Positions 7,005 through 10,100 of a stretch of 10,100 nucleotides of DNA are shown here, one piece after another (within the stretch, counting starts at the first letter, position 1; each line of letters opens with the position of its first letter). Origin of the DNA: Candidatus Hodarchaeota archaeon (GTDB lineage: Archaea > Asgardarchaeota > Heimdallarchaeia > Hodarchaeales > Hodarchaeaceae); the NCBI GenBank assembly GCA_016840035.1, contig JAEOTC010000095.1:1-10100 (forward strand). Reading direction: 5' to 3'. The position numbers were made by a program, and so were the translations under genes. A model generated the notes under the pieces. It had not been told where the DNA came from, made no database searches, and was given only the letters and a program-made list of their open reading frames with translations.

Positions 7005-8474
7005 TTGATTGATTTAACTATGAATGAAGGTGTACTGAAGCGTGCAGTTGAAAGAGCAAGAGAAAGAAATATTATTATTCCTACTTTTCAGCAACAGAGA
7101 GATCCCCAAAAATTTGTACCGGATAAAATCAAAGAAGAAATAAAACAATTGAGTTTGTGGGACGTTACTCCTCGCAATCTGTTCAGAATTTCGTGGAAGA
7201 ATGAACCTTTAGAAAAGGGTGGAGGTTACCAGGAATTGCCTAATTATGTTGAACTTCCTCCTGAATTGACTGGAGTGGAAGCGCGAATCATTGCATTGGT
7301 AGGAAAGTGGTTTCCTACTGGCGCCCATAAAGTAGGGGCAGCATTTGGTTGTCTTGTGCCACGATTAGTGACAGGACAATTTGATCCAACACGACAAAAA
7401 GCAGTTTGGCCAAGTACTGGGAATTATTGTAGAGGAGGAGCTTATGATTCGAGTATTCTTGCATGTGAGTCAATCGCAATTCTGCCAGAAGAAATGAGCA
7501 AGGAGCGTTTTGAATGGCTTAGTACCGTCGCGGGTGAAGTTATAGCAACTCCTGGTAGTGAATCAAATGTTAAAGAAATATACGATAAATGTCACGAATT
7601 AAATGCGGAGAGAGGTGATGATATCGTTATTTTCAATCAATTTGATGAATTTGGGAATCATCTCTGGCATTATGAGATCACTGGTAATTCCATCAAAGAA
7701 GTAATCGATAAAGAAATTCATAATGGAACATATAGGGGATGTGTTTTTACCACTGGAAGTGCTGGAACAATAGGATCTGGAGATTTTTTAAAGGAAGCAT
7801 GGCCAACTAGTTTTATAGCCGCAGGAGAATCAGTGCAATGCCCTACACTATATATGAATGGATATGGAGCTCATAGAATTGAAGGAATTGGAGATAAACA
7901 TGTCCCTTGGGTACATAATGTTAAAAATACTGATTTTGTCGTTGCTATCGATGATGCCGATGCAATGAATTGGGTTCGTTTATTTAATGAACCAGCAGGT
8001 CAAAAATATCTCCAAAACGATATTGGAGTCCCAGAAAATATAGTTAATCAGTTACATCTTCTTGGAATCTCGAGTATGGCCAATGTACTATTTGCTATTA
8101 AAATGGCGAAATATTACGAGATGACTAACAAGGATATGATTGTAACCGTTTTCACTGATTCCATGGAGATGTATCAATCACGAGTTAAAGAGCTTAGGGA
8201 ACAATTTGGGACATACGATAAAATCCACGCAGCGATTGATTATCATAGATCAATTAAAGGGATTAAAACTGACTATGTTCTCGAGTTGGATTACATTCAG
8301 AAGAAACGTGTTCATAATCTCAAATACTTTACATGGATTGAACAACAAGGTAAAACATTAGAAGAATTAAATCGTCAGTGGTATGATGACACTTATTGGT
8401 CCTCAATCCACGCAATGACCCCAAAAATGGATGAATTAATCAATCAGTTTAATGAAAAAGTGGGAATTCTTTGA
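7005..8474 (+). CDS. Fold-type II PLP-dependent enzyme, extended cysteine-synthase (CysK)-like; substrate unknown
   Basis: FPTGAHKVG (Schiff-base Lys), PSTGNY loop, NQF, TTGSAGT PLP-phosphate loop, HRIEGIG and GISS. At 489 aa it is longer than the ~310 aa typical of CysK, with N- and C-terminal extensions. TTG start with GAGGT SD at 6993-6997. Confidence 0.85.
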   Translation: MIDLTMNEGVLKRAVERARERNIIIPTFQQQRDPQKFVPDKIKEEIKQLSLWDVTPRNLFRISWKNEPLEKGGGYQELPNYVELPPELTGVEARIIALVGKWFPTGAHKVGAAFGCLVPRLVTGQFDPTRQKAVWPSTGNYCRGGAYDSSILACESIAILPEEMSKERFEWLSTVAGEVIATPGSESNVKEIYDKCHELNAERGDDIVIFNQFDEFGNHLWHYEITGNSIKEVIDKEIHNGTYRGCVFTTGSAGTIGSGDFLKEAWPTSFIAAGESVQCPTLYMNGYGAHRIEGIGDKHVPWVHNVKNTDFVVAIDDADAMNWVRLFNEPAGQKYLQNDIGVPENIVNQLHLLGISSMANVLFAIKMAKYYEMTNKDMIVTVFTDSMEMYQSRVKELREQFGTYDKIHAAIDYHRSIKGIKTDYVLELDYIQKKRVHNLKYFTWIEQQGKTLEELNRQWYDDTYWSSIHAMTPKMDELINQFNEKVGIL

Positions 8475-8498
8475 TAGGTAATATGGAATAGATTAGTA

Positions 8499-9779
8499 AT
8501 GAAATCAAGATCTTTTCAGTTCTTTAATTCGCTCTTAACATGTCCAAAGTGCAAAGCAGAAATTCAAGAAGAGGAATTTATTAGCAAGTACTGTGGTTGT
8601 GGATACAGGTTACAAATATCATTTGATTATGATCTCTTGAGAGAATCAGTAACGAAGCAGACTCTTAAAAAAAGGCCATTTAACCATGAACGGTATGTAG
8701 AATTTTATCCACTCAAAAATCCAGATAATTTGATCAGGTTGGGGACTGGAGGAACATCCATGATTAAAGCGGATAAAATTGCCAAGAAAATTGGGGTAGA
8801 AAATCTTTTTCTAAAGCTTGAATCTGCTAATCCATCAGGGAGCTTTAAAGATCGGCCAATCTCTGTAGGTGTTTCTAAAGCAAAGGAACTTGGATCTACA
8901 ACAGTAACTGCCGCTTCTAGCGGAAATGCAGCAGCAGCATTAGCAACTTATGCAGCAAGATCAGGTTTAGATGCAGTTGTATTTGTACCGGAACATGCGC
9001 CTCAAGGAAAAATAGCACAATTAACATTTCTGGGAGCTAAAGTAGTCAAAGTATCAGTTATAGAAGAGGGAACTGACCCCACAGTCACCTTGTTTAAAAA
9101 GGCGTATAAGGAATATAACTGGACACCTAGTCCATCCTTTGGACCATTCAATCCCTTCCAGTTTGAAGGCACGAAGAGCCTTGGTTTTGAAATCTGCGAA
9201 CAAAGCGATTGGCAGGTCCCAGACTGGATCCTCTGTAATACTGGAAGTGGAGGTCTCCTTGCTGGAACATTCCAAGGATTTTCCGAATTCCAACAATTAG
9301 ATTTTATCAGCTCTTTGCCGAAAATGGTTGCAGTACAACCTGCTGAATGTGCACCTATAGTTAATTCCGTCAAGAAAAAAGTACACCCGTTAGAATTCAT
9401 AGATTGGACTAAAACACCTAACACGGTTGCTGGTGGTTTAGCTGACCCTCACCCATGGGATGGTAATGAAGCTCTTGAAGCAATTTATAATAGTAAAGGT
9501 ACAGCTGTTACAGTTGATGAACCAGACATTTTGAGAACTCAACGCTGGCTAGCTGCAGAAGAAGGTATATTTGGGGAACCATCAGGAACTGCTGCATTAG
9601 CAGGATTGGAAAAATTGGTTAATGATGGTACCATTGACAAAAAAGACTTTATTGTGCTTCCAATCACAGGAACAGGTTTCAAGGATCCAGAAGTTGTGTT
9701 TGAGAACGTTACGATATATAATGCAATACCTCCAGATCTAGAACAATTGAAACAATTGTTAGATGTGATGAGGACTTAA
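8499..9779 (+). CDS. Threonine synthase-like PLP-dependent enzyme (ThrC paralog) with N-terminal Zn-ribbon-like motif
   Basis: CPKC...CGCG, LKLESANPSGSFKDR (PLP Lys), ASSGNA, TGSGG, VQPAECAP, EPSG and TGTGFKD. It starts 24 nt after the previous stop and is likely co-transcribed. Confidence 0.88.
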   Translation: MKSRSFQFFNSLLTCPKCKAEIQEEEFISKYCGCGYRLQISFDYDLLRESVTKQTLKKRPFNHERYVEFYPLKNPDNLIRLGTGGTSMIKADKIAKKIGVENLFLKLESANPSGSFKDRPISVGVSKAKELGSTTVTAASSGNAAAALATYAARSGLDAVVFVPEHAPQGKIAQLTFLGAKVVKVSVIEEGTDPTVTLFKKAYKEYNWTPSPSFGPFNPFQFEGTKSLGFEICEQSDWQVPDWILCNTGSGGLLAGTFQGFSEFQQLDFISSLPKMVAVQPAECAPIVNSVKKKVHPLEFIDWTKTPNTVAGGLADPHPWDGNEALEAIYNSKGTAVTVDEPDILRTQRWLAAEEGIFGEPSGTAALAGLEKLVNDGTIDKKDFIVLPITGTGFKDPEVVFENVTIYNAIPPDLEQLKQLLDVMRT

Positions 9780-9864
9780 TTTCAAGAATTTAATGCGATT
9801 AACATTAACAATAATTCTTTCAAATGACTCACACAATATGCTGAATTGCGCGGATTTATCAGTG

Positions 9865-10100
9865 ATGTCAATTTCAAGGCTTAAAGAGCTTCTATCTATA
9901 GGGGGAACAGGTGGAATTGCACGACGATACATGGTTATGAATTCATTCGATGGTTCATTGACTGCGTTGGGAATAATAATTGGAAGTATGCTAGCTGATG
10001 TCCAACAAGCGGAAACAATTTTGTTAGCAGGACTTGGTGCTAGCATCGCGATGGGAGTTAGTGGAGGATTTGGTGCTTACTTAACAGAGTCTGCTGTAAA
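9865..10100 (+). CDS. VIT1/CCC1-family membrane protein (archaeal TIGR00267-like), partial; runs off the right edge
   Basis: Hand translation: MSISRLKELLSIGGTGGIARRYMVMNSFDGSLTALGIIIGSMLADVQQAETILLAGLGASIAMGVSGGFGAYLTESAV. The RRY...N.FDG and AMG.SG..GAYLTE motifs are typical of the family. The start is uncertain, with in-frame alternatives at 9793, 9838 and 9862. Confidence 0.85.
   Translation, partial: MSISRLKELLSIGGTGGIARRYMVMNSFDGSLTALGIIIGSMLADVQQAETILLAGLGASIAMGVSGGFGAYLTESAV

Noticed and set aside
9742-9760. AACAATTG direct repeat and AACAATTGTT palindrome
   Set aside because: Accounted for by the EQL-KQL-L codons at the ThrC-like C-terminus; too short to support a regulatory claim.
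9002-10046. Minus-strand ORFs 9002-9424, 9054-9296 and 9759-10046
   Set aside because: Antisense shadows of the ThrC-like gene and the VIT1/CCC1-family gene.
1-10100. CRISPR array, tRNA/rRNA, transposase/integrase, or in-frame Sec/Pyl recoding
   Set aside because: No regularly spaced repeats, GC-rich structural RNA or mobile-element ORF was seen. Complete genes have family-typical ends, and the TGA at 8472 is immediately followed by TAG.

Overview
AT-rich prokaryotic metabolic region, probably archaeal. An Asgard/Heimdallarchaeia-like origin is an inference only, from the type II-like GAPDH, an archaeal TIGR00267/VIT1-like membrane protein, a sequon-rich secreted protein and GAGGT Shine-Dalgarno motifs. 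Gene order: (-) N-terminal part of a secreted, N-glycosylation-sequon-rich protein running off the left edge (not in the ORF track); (-) divergent type II (archaeal) GAPDH-like dehydrogenase; (-) PfkB-family sugar kinase; (+) thiolase; (-) prolyl oligopeptidase; (+) extended CysK-like PLP enzyme; (+) threonine-synthase-like PLP enzyme lacking the usual phosphate-binding residues; (+) VIT1/CCC1-family membrane protein running off the right edge (not in the ORF track). No rRNA, tRNA, CRISPR array or transposase is visible. The best candidates for something undescribed are (i) the tandem pair of non-canonical fold-type II PLP enzymes with a perfect 10-bp inverted repeat upstream and (ii) a ~155-nt intergenic element at 773-928 that can be drawn as a closing stem enclosing four hairpins.
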